Assembly: GCA_964016885.1 (NCBI GenBank)
Contig: CAXHJY010000492.1
Location: 3,171 to 67,170, forward strand
Direction: 5' to 3'
DNA: 64,000 nucleotides
DNA from: Eledone cirrhosa
Taxonomy: Eukaryota
Each line of letters opens with the position of its first letter. Within the stretch, counting starts at the first letter, position 1. Below the pieces are notes generated by a model, which was not told the DNA's origin, did not search any database, and saw only the letters and a list, made by a program, of their open reading frames with translations. Below are positions 1 through 17,839 of the stretch, piece after piece. The position numbers and the translations under genes were made by a program.

Positions 1-4310
<4,310 letters not shown>

Positions 4311-4412
4311 GGAGGTGAGTTTTATTGTAGTACAATAAAGCAATGCAATTCTTTTGACGTTAGAATATTCATCCACAATTATTATTTATTCTCTCTCTCT
4401 TCATACATAAAT

Positions 4413-4850
4413 TCCCTTCGTTAATTTTCAAATTCCTTTAATTTATACATTATCTTCCAACGGTTCTCAACCTCTCTATGTAAAACAATATATCTTTCTC
4501 TCAGTTATAAAAACTATCTCTTTCTCTCTATCACCCATCTCTCCCTCTCCACCTTCACTCTCATCTCCTCCCCCTTTTTTTTCATCCTTTCCACCCCACC
4601 CCCCACCCCCAGCCCCTCCCTAAATAAAATACTTTTTCCTCGCACATATCCTCCCTTCGTTAATTTTCAAATTTTTTTAATTTATACATTATCTTCCAAC
4701 GGTTTTCAACCTCTCTATGTAAAACAATATATCTCCTCTCAGTTATAAAAACTATCTCTTTCTCTCTATCACCCATCTCTCCCTCTCATCTCCTCCCCTT
4801 TTTCATCCTTTCCACCCCCCCCCCCCCCTCTCTAAATAAAATATTTTTCC
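4413..4850 (+). repeat. Tandem duplication with a 239-bp offset, directly upstream of a hammerhead motif
   Basis: TCCCTTCGTTAATTTTCAAATT...TAAATAAAATA starts at 4413 and again at 4652. Confidence 0.85.
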
Positions 4851-4944
4851 CATATCACACATCAATCTAAAACCACTTTTCATATGTTGATTTAAAACTG
4901 CACTATCCACAAGTGTTTTTTAGCCTTCATATCATGTTCTCCTG

Positions 4945-5011
4945 TTTTATCTGATGAAAACACAAATATTATTGCATGATGATGTTTGTTTTTGAAATGC
5001 GCATAATAAAA
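4945..5011 (+). ncRNA. Type I hammerhead ribozyme motif (minimal stem III)
   Basis: TTTTAT, CTGATGA (4951), a long stem II, GAAA (4994), TGCGCA, TA (cut after 5005), then ATAAAA. Stem I is TTTTAT/ATAAAA; stem III segment is palindromic. Confidence 0.75.
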
Positions 5012-5130
5012 TACATGGAACTCCTTTAACCATCTTTTGATCTTATATTATATGTATATATATATATAGATATGTATATATATATATATGTATATATATA
5101 GAGAGATATGTATATATATATATGTATATG

Positions 5131-5179
<49 letters not shown>

Positions 5180-5243
5180 ATGTATATATACATATGTGTA
5201 TATATATATGTGTATGTGTATATATATATGTGTATCTATCTAT

Positions 5244-5800
5244 CTAAGGCGGGTAAAATTCCCGAGATCCATGGACGAGTTCTCTCCAGCGGTCTCTGTC
5301 CCTCATTATCGCTGCCATGTTCTGCATCTCCAACAGACCAGTGTCTGTCCTTAGGGCATCAACATACGTTAACATTGGTCTTCCTCTTCTAGTGTGTCCA
5401 TGTAGGGGCTCCCAAAGGAGTACTGAGTGCAATGTCAACTCTGGATGTCGGTGAGCATGTCCAGCTAACCTCAGTCTCCTCTGTGTCACTTTTGAGCTGA
5501 ATTTTGGGATGCTCCCATACAGCTCTGAGTTCTTCATCCTCAGTGTATACTGATTAATGTTCAGAGCCATCCTCAGCATTCTCGTGTAGCACCCATCCAC
5601 CATATGGGTGAGTTTCTTGGTCAGTGTCCAAGTGTCAGACCCATACAGCAGCACAGACTCCACTACAGCAATGAAGAGGCGGATTTTAAGGTCTCTACGA
5701 AGGTCCGACTTCCACACCGATCTCAAGCTGTGGCACGCCGCCCAGGCCTTGCTCTTCCTCTCAACCACATCATCCTCCGTATTCCCAATCTTCGCTCCCA
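5244..5800 (-). mobile_element. 3' fragment of an RTE-like LINE ORF
   Basis: Translation includes VESVLLYGSDTWTL, RRLRLAGH, RRGRPMLTY and RDRDRWRE, a typical RTE C-terminus; flanked by (TA)n. Confidence 0.85.
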
Positions 5801-5889
5801 AATACAAATATATGTGTATATATATATATATATATATAAGTGTATATTTATATATATATATATATATATACAAAAACTGATATATATAT

Positions 5890-5958
5890 TGTATTTTGTC
5901 TGATGAAGGCATACCATAATTTAACTTGGTATCCTTGAAATATGTATAATGAAATATA
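5890..5958 (+). ncRNA. Type I hammerhead ribozyme motif in a roughly 120-bp module between two (TA)n tracts
   Basis: TGTATTTTGT, CTGATGA (5900), AGGCATACCA/TGGTATCCTT, GAAA (5937), TATGTA, TA, ATGAAATATA. Stem I is 10 bp counting G-U pairs. Confidence 0.75.
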
Positions 5959-6011
5959 GTTTTATAAATATAGTTTCCATTTATTAATATCGTATATATA
6001 TATATATATAT

Positions 6012-6132
<121 letters not shown>

Positions 6133-6411
6133 GCGAGAATCGCATTTCGGCGGCTAGAAAAGACGAAACGAAACGCAAAAATCAGAAATAATGCTGGCAA
6201 ACGCTCCGTAGTTAAAAAAAAACAGAGCTAAACAATATGTTAAGACCCCATGCAAAACTGAAATAGTGGTCAAGAAAGCATCAACCACCTAAGCCAAAAA
6301 GCAAATCAAGCTAAACAGGTCAAAACAAAATAAATGATAAAAAAACGATTAAAAAAAACGATAAAAAAAAATAAAATAACGATTTAAAAAATGATTTAAA
6401 AAATGATAAAA

Positions 6412-6515
<104 letters not shown>

Positions 6516-6799
6516 TTCAAGAGTAACCAATCTTAAAGAGAGAGATGGAGATAGTAGAGGAGAAGAGAGATTGGTGAATTAGTTAGAAGCCAAAGCATAA
6601 AGGCATGTGCTCAATGTGCAATATGCAGTTGAAGGCAGCTAGGTGGCTGGGTTCATGCAGAGGTTAGGTGCACAGAGCTGGAAATATTCATTAGTTAATC
6701 AAAACAAGACCACAAATTTCACAAGGAAGACATTATTAAAAGATTTTCAACATATTTTAGTTTGATGTAAGGAATGAAGAGAATAATAATAATAATATT

Positions 6800-9301
6800 A
6801 ATAATAATAATGTCCGTTTACAATTGTTTCGCTACTCCATATAATATTTCTGGATCAAATGATTATAGATCATTATTGATCTGATTCAGTTGAAAATAAT
6901 TAACATAGGTAAAAATAGACCAGCTCATCGGAACTTCAAAAGGAATATAAATTAAAATAAAGAAAGAATGTTACATGAATGTAATTTTCCATATATTGGT
7001 ATTTCACTATGGTGTCCTGGGTATATCTATTGTCTGCCATAGTCGAGCAGTATTCTTCTGTCGAGGCTGCATTGTGTGAGATCTGCCTATGGGTAACAAG
7101 ATGGCCGCCAATGGACATATTTACCTTACTAATTAGAGGGTGGGTTCAGGGGAAGTAACTCCACGAGAGATTAGAAATTGTGGGTAGTTTATAGTTAAGA
7201 AGTGCTAATTTTTTAATTTTTTAATTGAGAGACAATGTAAGGGAGGTAACTTATAATTATCTAAGTTAGCTATAACTATTTAACTTATTAGCTACAAGTA
7301 AAAATGGGGCTAGATGACTATGTTGGGTCAAATATTCTGTTGGCGAAGGAATTAGCCCTTCGATGTTGACAGCTAATAGTTACCTCCGTTCTATCGTTAA
7401 TCGGTAGAGGTCGTGATAAAGTTATGTAATATGCTTCGGTAAGACAGAGGTCACAAGAGTTTCTTCGTCCATTGTTGGGCCCTAGCCAAGATATCCCATG
7501 TTAGTGATTGTTCAATGTTGGTTAATTTAAGGTTTTTAATGAGCCTAGCCAGAGATGTCGAACATCTGTTGTTAAGGTCTCGGAAGGAAAAAGAGTGCGC
7601 GTTATAGCGTACCTTAAAAGGGTTAGAGGTAGAGCGAAGCAGTTTTAACCGTGTACCTATAAACTATATTGGGTGTCAGGCAATGTCCATTTAGTGGGCA
7701 TGCATTAGGGTAACGGCAGTTGCAGTTACTTCTGCGGTTAGTGAGAGTAGGATTGTTTAATCTAAGCGGTTGGTCAGTGCTAGAAGGATTAGATGGAGGA
7801 GGTGTGCTACTGGAGTAAGTATTGGTGTAGTGGCGTGGTGTATTTGATGGGGTGGTGGTACCGCGGTGTGGGAGTTATACTGTCTTAGTTTATGATGGTT
7901 ATTGAATTCGATGTGGCTAGCTAGGTTAGGTGTTGTGGAGAATGAGATTTTAATGTTATTTTTATTAAAGAGTTTGTAATATGTATGGTTGGGGGGGGGG
8001 ATGTTTAGATAGGATAGAGAAGAAGCGTTTAGGGATATTAGTGGCTAGATTGGATGAGAATGGGGGGGTTAAGCCAGGTGATATTTCTAGGCCTATTCCT
8101 TCTATGGGTTCTAGTGGAGTTGGTAGGGGGCTTCAGAGGGTTATTATTACCTGGGCATTTGTTATTTGTCATCCTATTGCTCATTCCCATTCTAGGGTTG
8201 ATTTTTAGTTTGCTACTTGGAGTGGGAAGCAGGCCACTGCTACCATTAAGGTTCCCTGTATAAGTGCTGTTACTGCTAAAATTCCGGCGTATCTGGCTAT
8301 ATGCTAAGGTATTTCTAGTTCTAATGTTAAGTTTATTATGGTTGTGGTGAAGTGCTGTGTTATGGCATTTAGGTATGTAGTAAATGGACTGTACATAACC
8401 AGATTCAGAAAGAGCCTTATTATAATATGCCGCATGGTTTATAAATATCTCCTCATTTGCTGATAGCATGGAGATCCTATACGAGATAGATTTGATTACT
8501 GCTCTGATGACTGCCGGTGGGTGGTTAGAGTGTGGCTAATATATGTAAGTATTTCACCTGGTTTATAATAAGGGTAATAGAGGTTATTGTTAATATCTAG
8601 GGTAACGTCTAGGAAGTTTACTATTTATGGTTCGGCTGGATGGTGATAGAGAGACCGTTATTTTTAAATAATCTATGTAACTGTTTTTTGAGCAAGTCAA
8701 TGCCTCGATTAGTGAAATTGTGGAATGCAAATAGGGCGTCGTCCCTATATATTCCGCCTTGCAAGGGTTAGATTTCAGCTCTGATGTTATGTAATAGGTA
8801 AATTCCAACTAAATCGGTGATTTGCGCAGAGTCACTTGAGCCCATCGTGATGTCAAAGTTGTCTGTTCTGTCTTTTCTAGTCCAGACTGCTCCGTTGAAT
8901 TCAATGATGGTCTGCCTAGCCATAAGTATGATGTCAATCTCATTATTGGTTATGTCAGAGTTGGTGCTGGCTAGGGTTAATGCTTTGTTGAGCAGTGTCG
9001 GGGTTATTGAAGCGTAATAGCTGTCAATGTCAAATTGGAGGAACCTCATAGATTCCTTGGACCTTAGATCTGAGAACCATCTAATGACTTGGCCGGTGTT
9101 GGACCACAGCTTGTAGGTCATATCATCTCGTAGCCCAGGGATGATCCTATCAAGGATGTTCTTACTGATACGACCCAAGTCGGGTGTGGTTGGGCTTATA
9201 AGTCTAATAGATGGGTTCTCTATAAAGTTTGGCTTGTGATCCTTGAGAGAAAACCTTGGGGTTGTAGGTACATAAGGGTGGGTAAATCTATCCAGATGCA
9301 A
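6800..9301 (-). mobile_element. Decayed, 5'-truncated Penelope-like element (RT, Cys-rich linker, GIY-YIG endonuclease remnant) with a terminal hammerhead
   Basis: Minus-strand peptides across frameshifts: KDHKPNF..IRLISP, FLQFDIDSYYASI, FDITMGSSDSAQITDLVG, GIYRDDAL (about 8735-8758), HSNHPP, RNITWLNPP, CNCRYPNACPLNGHCL, FKVRYNAH. Confidence 0.88.
6816..6934 (-). ncRNA. Hammerhead motif with a CCGAUGA core at the 3' end of the Penelope-like element
   Basis: Minus strand: GTT, CCGATGA, GCT..(about 88 nt)..AGC, GAAA, CAATTG, TA, AAC. Stem I is only 3 bp. Confidence 0.55.
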
Positions 9302-9394
9302 GTCAAACTAAAATATGTTGACAATCTTTTAATAATGTCTTCCTTGTAAAATTTGTGGTCTTGTTTTTCTTAACTAATGAATATATATATATAT

Positions 9395-9705
9395 ATAGAA
9401 TGGAAAACGAAAAATCAGTGATGCATCGGAACTCAATTTATTGTGTTACAATTGTTTCCCCGGCGAACAGCTCGAGGTGCGATCTGTGTGTGGATCGACC
9501 TGACTCTGTATTCGCAGGTTCCTCAGACGCGTCTATAGATTTCGTAGCATATCCTCTTTCAATAGACGTGTCTGCGGAACCTGCGAATCCAGAGTCAGGT
9601 CGATCGACACAAAGATCGCACCTCGAGCTGTTCGCCGGGGAAACAATTGTAACACACAATAAATTGAGTTCCGATGCATCACTGATTTTTCGTTTTCCAT
9701 TCTAT
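9395..9705. repeat. Long near-perfect inverted repeat (arms about 142 bp, 25-nt spacer)
   Basis: ATAGAATGGAAAACGAAAAATCAGTG at the left end and CACTGATTTTTCGTTTTCCATTCTAT at the right end; few mismatches between arms. Confidence 0.93.
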
Positions 9706-9777
9706 CATACTCTGCTCCGTAGGAGCATAGAGTGCTCAACCGGCATACCGCCTATGGAAGCATCTTAGATGCCATTA

Positions 9778-9852
<75 letters not shown>

Positions 9853-9859
9853 TTGGTTG

Positions 9860-10190
9860 TCCATCGTAAATGATAATGACATCTTTATTTTAGTTCCCGT
9901 CTGCCATGGGCACGAAGGTGGCTGTGGAGGCCGATCCTTGACTTGTAGGTCCGGGGACAGTGGGGGGCAGGGGAAGAGACCGGCGTCGCTTGGGGCAGCT
10001 GTTGATGCCTTTTTCCTCCTTTCAAAAAGCCTCAGCCACCACTGCCCGTCTCTTCTCTTCAAAAGAGTCTTTGGCGCGTCTGGTAAGGGCTTGCCACTCA
10101 GTCCTGTCCTGAGCATGGGACTCGAGTTGTTTTGGCGCGATTCCAGTGTTGTTGATAGTGGACTTCACGCAGTCTTTGAACCTCTTGAGA
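9860..10190 (-). mobile_element. 3' end of an RTE-like LINE with a C-terminal C2H2 finger (frameshifted)
   Basis: DGQWWLRLFERRKK followed by FPCP and, in another frame, RTCRSRIGLHSH-like sequence; short tail into (TA)n. Confidence 0.65.
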
Positions 10191-10381
10191 CTCCACTAGG
10201 AGTTATGGGATCTTTATCCTTATAGATTTGGCAATAAATGTTTGAATTTGAGAAAAATTACAAAAGACACCAGCGTGTAAACGAATTATTCAATAAGAAA
10301 TATTTTTGCGCAGTTCTAATTCTATATCTTTGTATTGTTTTCTATATCTTTGTATTGTTTTCTATATCTTCTGTTTTACAG

Positions 10382-10492
10382 GTTATCTACTTTACTGCTA
10401 CATTTCCATATGTCGTCCTCGTAATATTTTTCTTCCGAGGTGTTACATTGCAAAACTTTTATGTCGGTCTTAAACACTTCTTTGTACCAAAA
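10382..10492 (+). CDS. SLC6 Na+-dependent transporter (SLC6A15-20/B0AT-like nutrient amino acid clade); first visible exon, 5' exons lie upstream of the window
   Basis: cag|VIYFTATFPYVVLVIFFFRGVTL...FVPK|gtaagc; 111 nt, phase 0/0. Confidence 0.93.
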
Positions 10493-12111
10493 GTAAGCTT
10501 ATCGTTTCTATCTAAATGTTGTTCATGTTCTCAATATTGGTATAGCTACTATAAGGACAAGAGAAACATACGATAAATCACATTCAGTGTAATTTAAATT
10601 TTTCAAGGTTTGGACAGTCAGCTATGATGGGAAGATACATAAGTTACGTTATCCTAACTGACAAATATATATACTATATATATAGTTCCTACTTTTTATT
10701 GAGGTTAACTTTGCCTTTCATCCTTATGGGGTCGATAAAATAAAGTACCAGTAATACACTGGGATAATTGCTGGCCTTGTGCCAAAAGTAGAAACAATTA
10801 TATATGTGTGTGTGTGTGTGTCATTTGGTTAATTTACAAAGCATTGGGTGAAAGCGTTTGCTTTTGGAGGGAAGCCGCGAAAATGCAGATAAGTATAAAT
10901 AATATGTAATTCAGTCGGCTTCCCATAAGCGCAACCATGTTTTCAAACACACACACAAATATATATATTCTTATATTTATATAATATTCTTCGACCAACA
11001 ATTGTTGATTTAATACCGAGAAATATTCTTGTGCCAAAACATGACTTTATAATGTAACATTAATCATTTTTACGTCTGCAAGTGTAACTTCTCATATTTT
11101 CAAAGGTTGGGGAAAAGATTGTGAACATCATACTAAACCATCATGTAAGACACTTGTGTGGAAATGAAATAATTACATATAGAACACAAATATAATAGAA
11201 ATAATATACTATAGTATAAATATCACAGTCGTGTTCCTCTGGATTGATTAAAGGTTGTTGTAAGTCATTTGAAAAAAAATGAAATGTATGATATGATAGC
11301 AGTAGCCCGTCTGAGGAAAGAGCCCCACGAGGTGGGGTGGCTGTTGCAGCGAGTGTCGCTGGCCATTGTCCGCGGGAATGCTTTTGCAGTCTTGTCAGCG
11401 GGGCGTAGCCCCATTACCACCGCGCCCTAGACCCAGAGCTCATCGCCCTCCCCTCCCCCATTCTTCTGTGACTCTAGAGCCCTTGCTTTTTCCATTTTTA
11501 TATTTTCCATTTTTATTTTTTTTCCATTTTTATATTTTCTTATTTTACATTCTATTCTTTCTTCTCGATCTATTTTTTCCTTTTTCTATTAAATTGTTTT
11601 TACTTAACAGTATTGGTAGAACGTCATGCACCATGCTTTTCAGCATAGAGTTAAGGCCCTTTATGTTCTGAGTTCAAATCCCGCCGAGGTTAACTTTGCC
11701 TTTCATCCTTAAGGGGTCGACAAAATAAAGAACCAGTAATACACTGGGGTAATTGCTGGCCTTGTGCCAAAAGTAGAAAAAAAACTTTTATAAACATCAA
11801 TAAAATTAAATTGTTATAGAATACCACATTGCAAAGGGTTGAGAAAAAGCAGGCAAGTTTACGCACTTATCCTCAAATATCTCTATTAGCAAAGTTAAAC
11901 TTAGAATCTGCTAATTAGTAAATTCCTTTAGACAACTAATACTAATACTTGTTTCTACTTTAGGCACAAGACCAGCAATTATCCAGTACATTACTGGTAC
12001 TTTATTTATCGACCCCGTAAGGATGAAAGGCAAAGTCAACCTCGGCCTAATACTAATAAATAATATCAATACAGTCCTAATACTAATAAATTGTTTTTCA
12101 TTGCTTTGCAG

Positions 12112-12313
12112 TTTGAAAAATTAGGAAATCCACAAGTGTGGCTTGACGCGGCAACACAGATTTTTTATTCATTAAGTCTTGGTTTTGGTGGTTTGATGGC
12201 AATGTCATCCTATAATCCCATCAGAAATAATTGTTATAAAGACACATTCATTGTTGTTTTTGTTAACTGTGGAACATCTATTTTTGCCGGTGTTGTCATT
12301 TTCTCTATATTAG
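12112..12313 (+). CDS. SLC6 transporter exon (TM6-7)
   Basis: cag|FEKLGNPQVWLDAATQIFYSLSLGFGGLMAMSSYN...VIFSIL-G|gtaagc; 202 nt. Confidence 0.95.
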
Positions 12314-12516
12314 GTAAGCCATACATATGTGTTTATGTTTACATGTCAACATATTAAACATTTGCGTATTTAGATACACATTGGCGCAGTCTTTGTTACC
12401 CACCTTGTATACATACATAACTTTATAAATATACATATAATTAGCTGTTACTTATGACTCACCCTGTGTATATATATATATACATATGTGAGTGTATGTG
12501 TGTGTGTGTGTGTTGG

Positions 12517-12558
<42 letters not shown>

Positions 12559-14391
12559 GTGTGTGAGAAAGAGAGAGAGAAGATGGGGCTGTCCGTTTTT
12601 CCGTTGCTTTTTCATTGTCTTTGTCTTGTGTGCTCCTATTTTGAACATATATATGTGTGTGTGTGTATGGACATTTGTTCGAAGAAACTCGGCACGATGA
12701 TGATGATGATGATGATATTGTATTATATTATATTGTGTTATTTTGTTGGATGATGTATGTGTCTGTATCTACCGTGTGTTTGGTGTTGTGTATTTCAGTG
12801 TTAAACGGTTATAATGTGGAGTATATACTGTGTGGGTTGGTGATATAAATGGGTGTCAACTGTGTACAGATGAGTTGTGTTGGTTGTTATTAAAATGCTG
12901 GATATAATTAAAGTAAGAATATGCTATGCTATTTTATAGGATGATGATTGTGTAAGGTATGTGTTATGTTATATTATTTGGTTGTGATTCAATAGAGTAC
13001 GAGATATATTGTGTGTTTTTTTATTGAGTAGTTATTTCATTGATGTGTTGCGGTAGTTTTGTTATTTTATTCTTCTTCTTCTTGCTCTTGCTCGGCGAGG
13101 CTGGAGTTATCCTAAGCCAGTGATCTCAAAGCATCGTTGTACGTAGAACCGGAGTTTTATTAGGTAATAATTTATAGAGCGTGTGTTGTGTGTAAAGAGT
13201 GTACTGCTTTAGTTATCCTGTTGAATTCAAGGTCCTTTGCGTAAGATTTGAGATGTACCTAGTAGAGCTCTCTATTGGACTATGTGTAACTTTGTGAACC
13301 TTAGCATAGTTTTATGATTTTATTGATATTTTGTTTTATCATACTTAGTTCTCCAACAGTGCACTTTTCTCTTTCATAACCCACATTATTATTTTAATGC
13401 TTGTTTTAATTTTAAAATCCTTGTATTTTGATAGTTCCTCCACTTTTCTAGTGCAGCTAAAATTAAGCCGTCTATTTCTGCTTTTGCTCAGATTATAAGA
13501 GGTATTTTACAAAGTTAAACTTCCTCATTGCTACAGCATTCTTTGTGATAACTATTTCCGTCTCAATCACTACAACAAGCAAGTTTCCTCTTCCTCTCGG
13601 ATTTCATTTTGTTCTTATATACTCCGTTTTTGTATTGTTTTTGTTGATCAATTGCCTACCTTTTACTGGAGCTTTGGAAGCGGTATGTTCACCTTCAGTC
13701 GAACATTAATTATCTCTTAAACACCAATTATTTCCCAGAACATCAATTACTATTATTACTGAAACTGTTCTGTACGCATTCGTTTCGTGTCAGGGCTTTG
13801 CTGACTTGTAAAATTATGACAAAGAGTTGTTGCCGAGTGTAGGAATGATCCGGTTATCAGCCGCGTCCATCATGAGGATTCCTCCACTAACTTTCTTAGA
13901 TCGAGAAAGGCCAGTAGTTTTCCCGTCCCTGGTAGCTATGGGGAATGGGATGTATGGTGAACAAGATTGAAAGGACTGTAGACGAACACTTTCCTCTTCG
14001 GTCAAATCTTCATCAACTTCAAATTTCATTGGTGAGAAAAGTGAGAGGGAAAAGTGAATTTGCTGGATGAAAGCGGCAAGAATGGCCTATATAAATAGGA
14101 AAATGAGGATATCCCTTCTACTAATGTTTTGAAATGAGCCTACTCTAACTATGGGGTTGTAGACAGGTGGCAAGGGCTCGGAGAAGACATTTGTTTCTGT
14201 GTGTATTGTGTATTAGAGTAATCCAAAGATTTGTTAGGGAGGTGACCTGAATCAAACTGATCGTAATAACATCTTGATCACGTGACCTCATTAATTTGGA
14301 TTTTAACCCAAAAATACTGTTCCCAGTAAGATAAAATGTGTTATGGTGATAAAGCAGGTTTAGTCTTTTACTATGTCACATACATACACAC

Positions 14392-14440
14392 GTGTGTGTA
14401 TGTGTGTGTCTGCGTGTGTGTGCGTGTGTGCGTGCGCGTG

Positions 14441-14533
<93 letters not shown>

Positions 14534-14544
14534 GTGTGTGTGTG

Positions 14545-14577
<33 letters not shown>

Positions 14578-14580
14578 ATG
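14392..14580. repeat. (TG)n microsatellite
   Basis: Direct inspection. Confidence 0.95.
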
Positions 14581-15314
14581 TAAAAAAGATATTCTTTGTT
14601 AATGTGTATGTATATATATATATATATGTAAATACTGAAGATATGACTATACATATAGTTGTGTATGTTAAACAGGCTAGCAGAATTATATATTAATTAA
14701 ACTTTTAATTACATCTTATCTTTTTTTTTTTAAATTAATGTAGTGAGCCCCCTTCATCATATTTGTCAGTATTGATATGTGTTCATGTGCAACAGAACGT
14801 AAAGAGTTTTACAACTTTTTTTAATTTCTTTGAACCACATACGAGAAAACTTTCTATTATATTCAGCTCTGGCTCTGATCAAAGTCTTTGTGTCTGATTG
14901 CAAGTATACAATTGCTTGTCCTTCGTGAAAACCATTATACACAGGTATCTTCCAACAAATGGATATCTTTATTGTTTATCAGTAACTGACCTACGATGTT
15001 AATTAATTCTGGAAAATATTAAAACTACCATCAAAAATTCTCTGCTTTCACATATTTGAACCAATAATACGATACTACTCTGTAGCGGTGATATTCAACG
15101 TTAGTTTAAATCACCATTCAGTCAATTTAAGTTTTTAACAGTCAATATAACTTCTCTCTAATTTGTGGAAGGAAACATTCGTAAAATGAACATTTTTATC
15201 GCTTACTAAAATTACTACAACGCCTACCAATGTATTAGTCAACCGAAAGCGGGAGGCTAATAATTAATCATTTGTACTTATATAATAATAGTGGTATATT
15301 TCTGTTTCTTGTAG

Positions 15315-15427
15315 GTTTTAAGGCTTTCAAAAATTTTGAAGCATGTCAGAGTAAATATACGGCAGCAACCATGAACATGACAACAAAAATACCTTCCATT
15401 TGTGATTTGGATAAAGAGTTAGAAAAT
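15315..15427 (+). CDS. SLC6 transporter exon (extracellular loop 4); absent from the ORF track
   Basis: tag|GFKAFKNFEACQSKYTAATMNMTTKIPSICDLDKELEN|gtaagt; 113 nt, phases fit both neighbours. Confidence 0.9.
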
Positions 15428-16652
15428 GTAAGTAGAAATAACTAGTTGACCTTTTTTCATGTTTCAGTATGTATTGTCTTTTAAATGGAGTAAGCGACAG
15501 TCCTTCATCTAGAGCTATGATTCTCTCTTTACTGTTTAACCTGAGAGAGAAAGGCAATGTCCTTGATTTTTAAGGGCCTCCGAGACTGGTGGAAAGAATA
15601 AATGTAACTTCAAAACGGAGACTTAGTTACGATGCTAGACAGGAACTGTATTTTTATCGATGTCCCTTACGATTCCATCAGGAGGTAACGTTTCTTTACC
15701 TACCTACTTACCTAAGCAAGTAAAATTAATTAAACCTAGAATTGTGTCTTCTTCAACATTCATGCGTTCGCTTTAAAATACTAGGATAGCTTTACTCCGT
15801 GCATTATAAATTTAGAGACGTAACTAGTGGACTGTTTTAAATATCCATACAGATCATGTGTCGCCGCGTTGAAACACAAAAGAATCCAGTAGCCACTAAT
15901 GGTAAAGCTAGTAATGACTTACAATAACTGAGTTATCAAACCTCGAATATAAGTTTATTTTGGGTAGAATTAACTATTAAAATCTGGTACAGTTAACTAT
16001 TAAAATCTCAATACAAAAATGTTTTACTGATTGTAGAAAGACATTTCAAAGACGAATAAATTTCAATAATTATTCCAAGAAGATTATATTTACCATTCCA
16101 TTCAGTGATTAGTCAAATCACATCATCACTTGATATATGTGTGAATATTATCAGAACTCAGTTATAACAAATATTATTTTATCATATGGTAACTATAAAA
16201 AAAGACTAGGCACTTCCATGACATTATTTTTTTAATGTAGAGAAATTGCCAGCCCCAAGAATGTTTCAATTATCAACGAAAATAAGATGGATTGCTTTGA
16301 GGATAAGGACTCAAATAAAAATTTCTACTCATTCACCACAGAAGAGGCAGCCTAGTTACTTCTATAGTAAGTGTATAACTTACTTCGATTTTTTTAAACT
16401 TACTCTGGTCGGAAATTAAACAGAAAATGAGAAGCCATAAACCGAATTATGAAAGTGATACCGATGAAATTAAATACCAGTAAGGCACTGGGGTCGATTT
16501 AATCGTCTTTCCCCTCATCCCCAAAATGGTTGGCCTTGTGTCTAAATCAGACACTATTATAAGATACGTTAGTGTTTTGTTTAATATTACATCTGTAATC
16601 TTACTATAAAACGAAATTGCGCTACCTGACAATTTTATTGCCTATTTTATAG

Positions 16653-16860
16653 ACTGCTGGAGGACCGGGTTTAGCGTTTATTGTGTTCACTGAAGCAATA
16701 AACCAGTTTCCAGCTCCACCGATTTGGGCTATACTTTTCTTCTTGATGTTGCTAACCCTCGGGTTAGATTCGATGTTTGGCACTCTTGAATGCATTAGTT
16801 CAGCTATCACAGATTCTGGCAAATATAATTTCCTCCGAAAGAAACAATTTTTTACACCAG
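16653..16860 (+). CDS. SLC6 transporter exon (TM8)
   Basis: tag|[46 protein letters not shown]...FTP|gtatgc; 208 nt. Confidence 0.95.
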
Positions 16861-17839
16861 GTATGCTTTTGCATTTCTTTAAATATCATTTTATGTTGAT
16901 TGTGATTATGTTAAAATTACACGCCATACATTGTAATTCATTTCTCATATAAAACGTTGGATCATATGCCTCAGTATATTGACGAAATAACGAGGAAGCC
17001 TCAACAGGAATGCTCTTCTTCTTCTTCACCCCCTTATTCCTGGGAGAGTCTAGAAGCTGTAGAGTCCTCAAATATACCTTCCAGCGGGATCTGTCAGAAG
17101 CAACCGTCTCCAATTGATCTGATTAAATTCCCAAGTGAGACCAGTCGTGAATATTGAAATATATCTACTAAAATGATACACATAATTTTTGTGCATGTTA
17201 CTTGTGTGTGGGGTCGAAACGTTTTGTCTAGAGAAAGTGGCTTGACCAATGGGCTTCGTAGGCTCCTCTGAAGTGGTGAAATCGAAGTACTTGATATCAT
17301 TTCTTAAACAGTTGATGTCTGATGGAAAAACGTAAGCAGGATAGAGATTCCAAAGGCACCAACTTTCTGTGGAGTATGAACTGGGACAAGTGGTTAATAT
17401 GAGGTCTGAGGTGTGAACACATTATAAATGATGAAAGACAGAGACGGTGGGGGGTGCTAAGTTAAGATGGCACACGAGATCAGCCAGGTCCCAGGAGCAG
17501 AGACCACTATAGTAACTGTAAAACTACCCAAGAGGTGAGAGACTGAAATGCATTTGTGAACGTCAGGTGGCCTTTAATGCGTTTTATGATTTTTGATATT
17601 TAATAGCAGCTCTGTACCAGATGTGAGAACAATATTCTACTGTGGGTATCATATGAATTCTGCATAGGAGCATACCAGTCACCGAAGTTGGCCAAGGGAA
17701 AGACAAAGGCCGATACAGCTTGGTACCAAGTGACATCGCAATTCATTTTTTCCAACTGGAGAACTGAAGCAACGTAAAATAAAGTGTCTTACGGGAATCA
17801 AACTCACAATAACACCAACGTGCCTTCATACATACAAAG

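Noticed and set aside
10830-11600. Possible decayed L1-like 3' end
   Set aside because: Only a vague resemblance; no intact motif could be read.
12570-14330. Possible repeat or ORF (71 aa, minus strand) in the SLC6 intron
   Set aside because: No recognisable motif, termini or splice pattern; unclassifiable without a database search.
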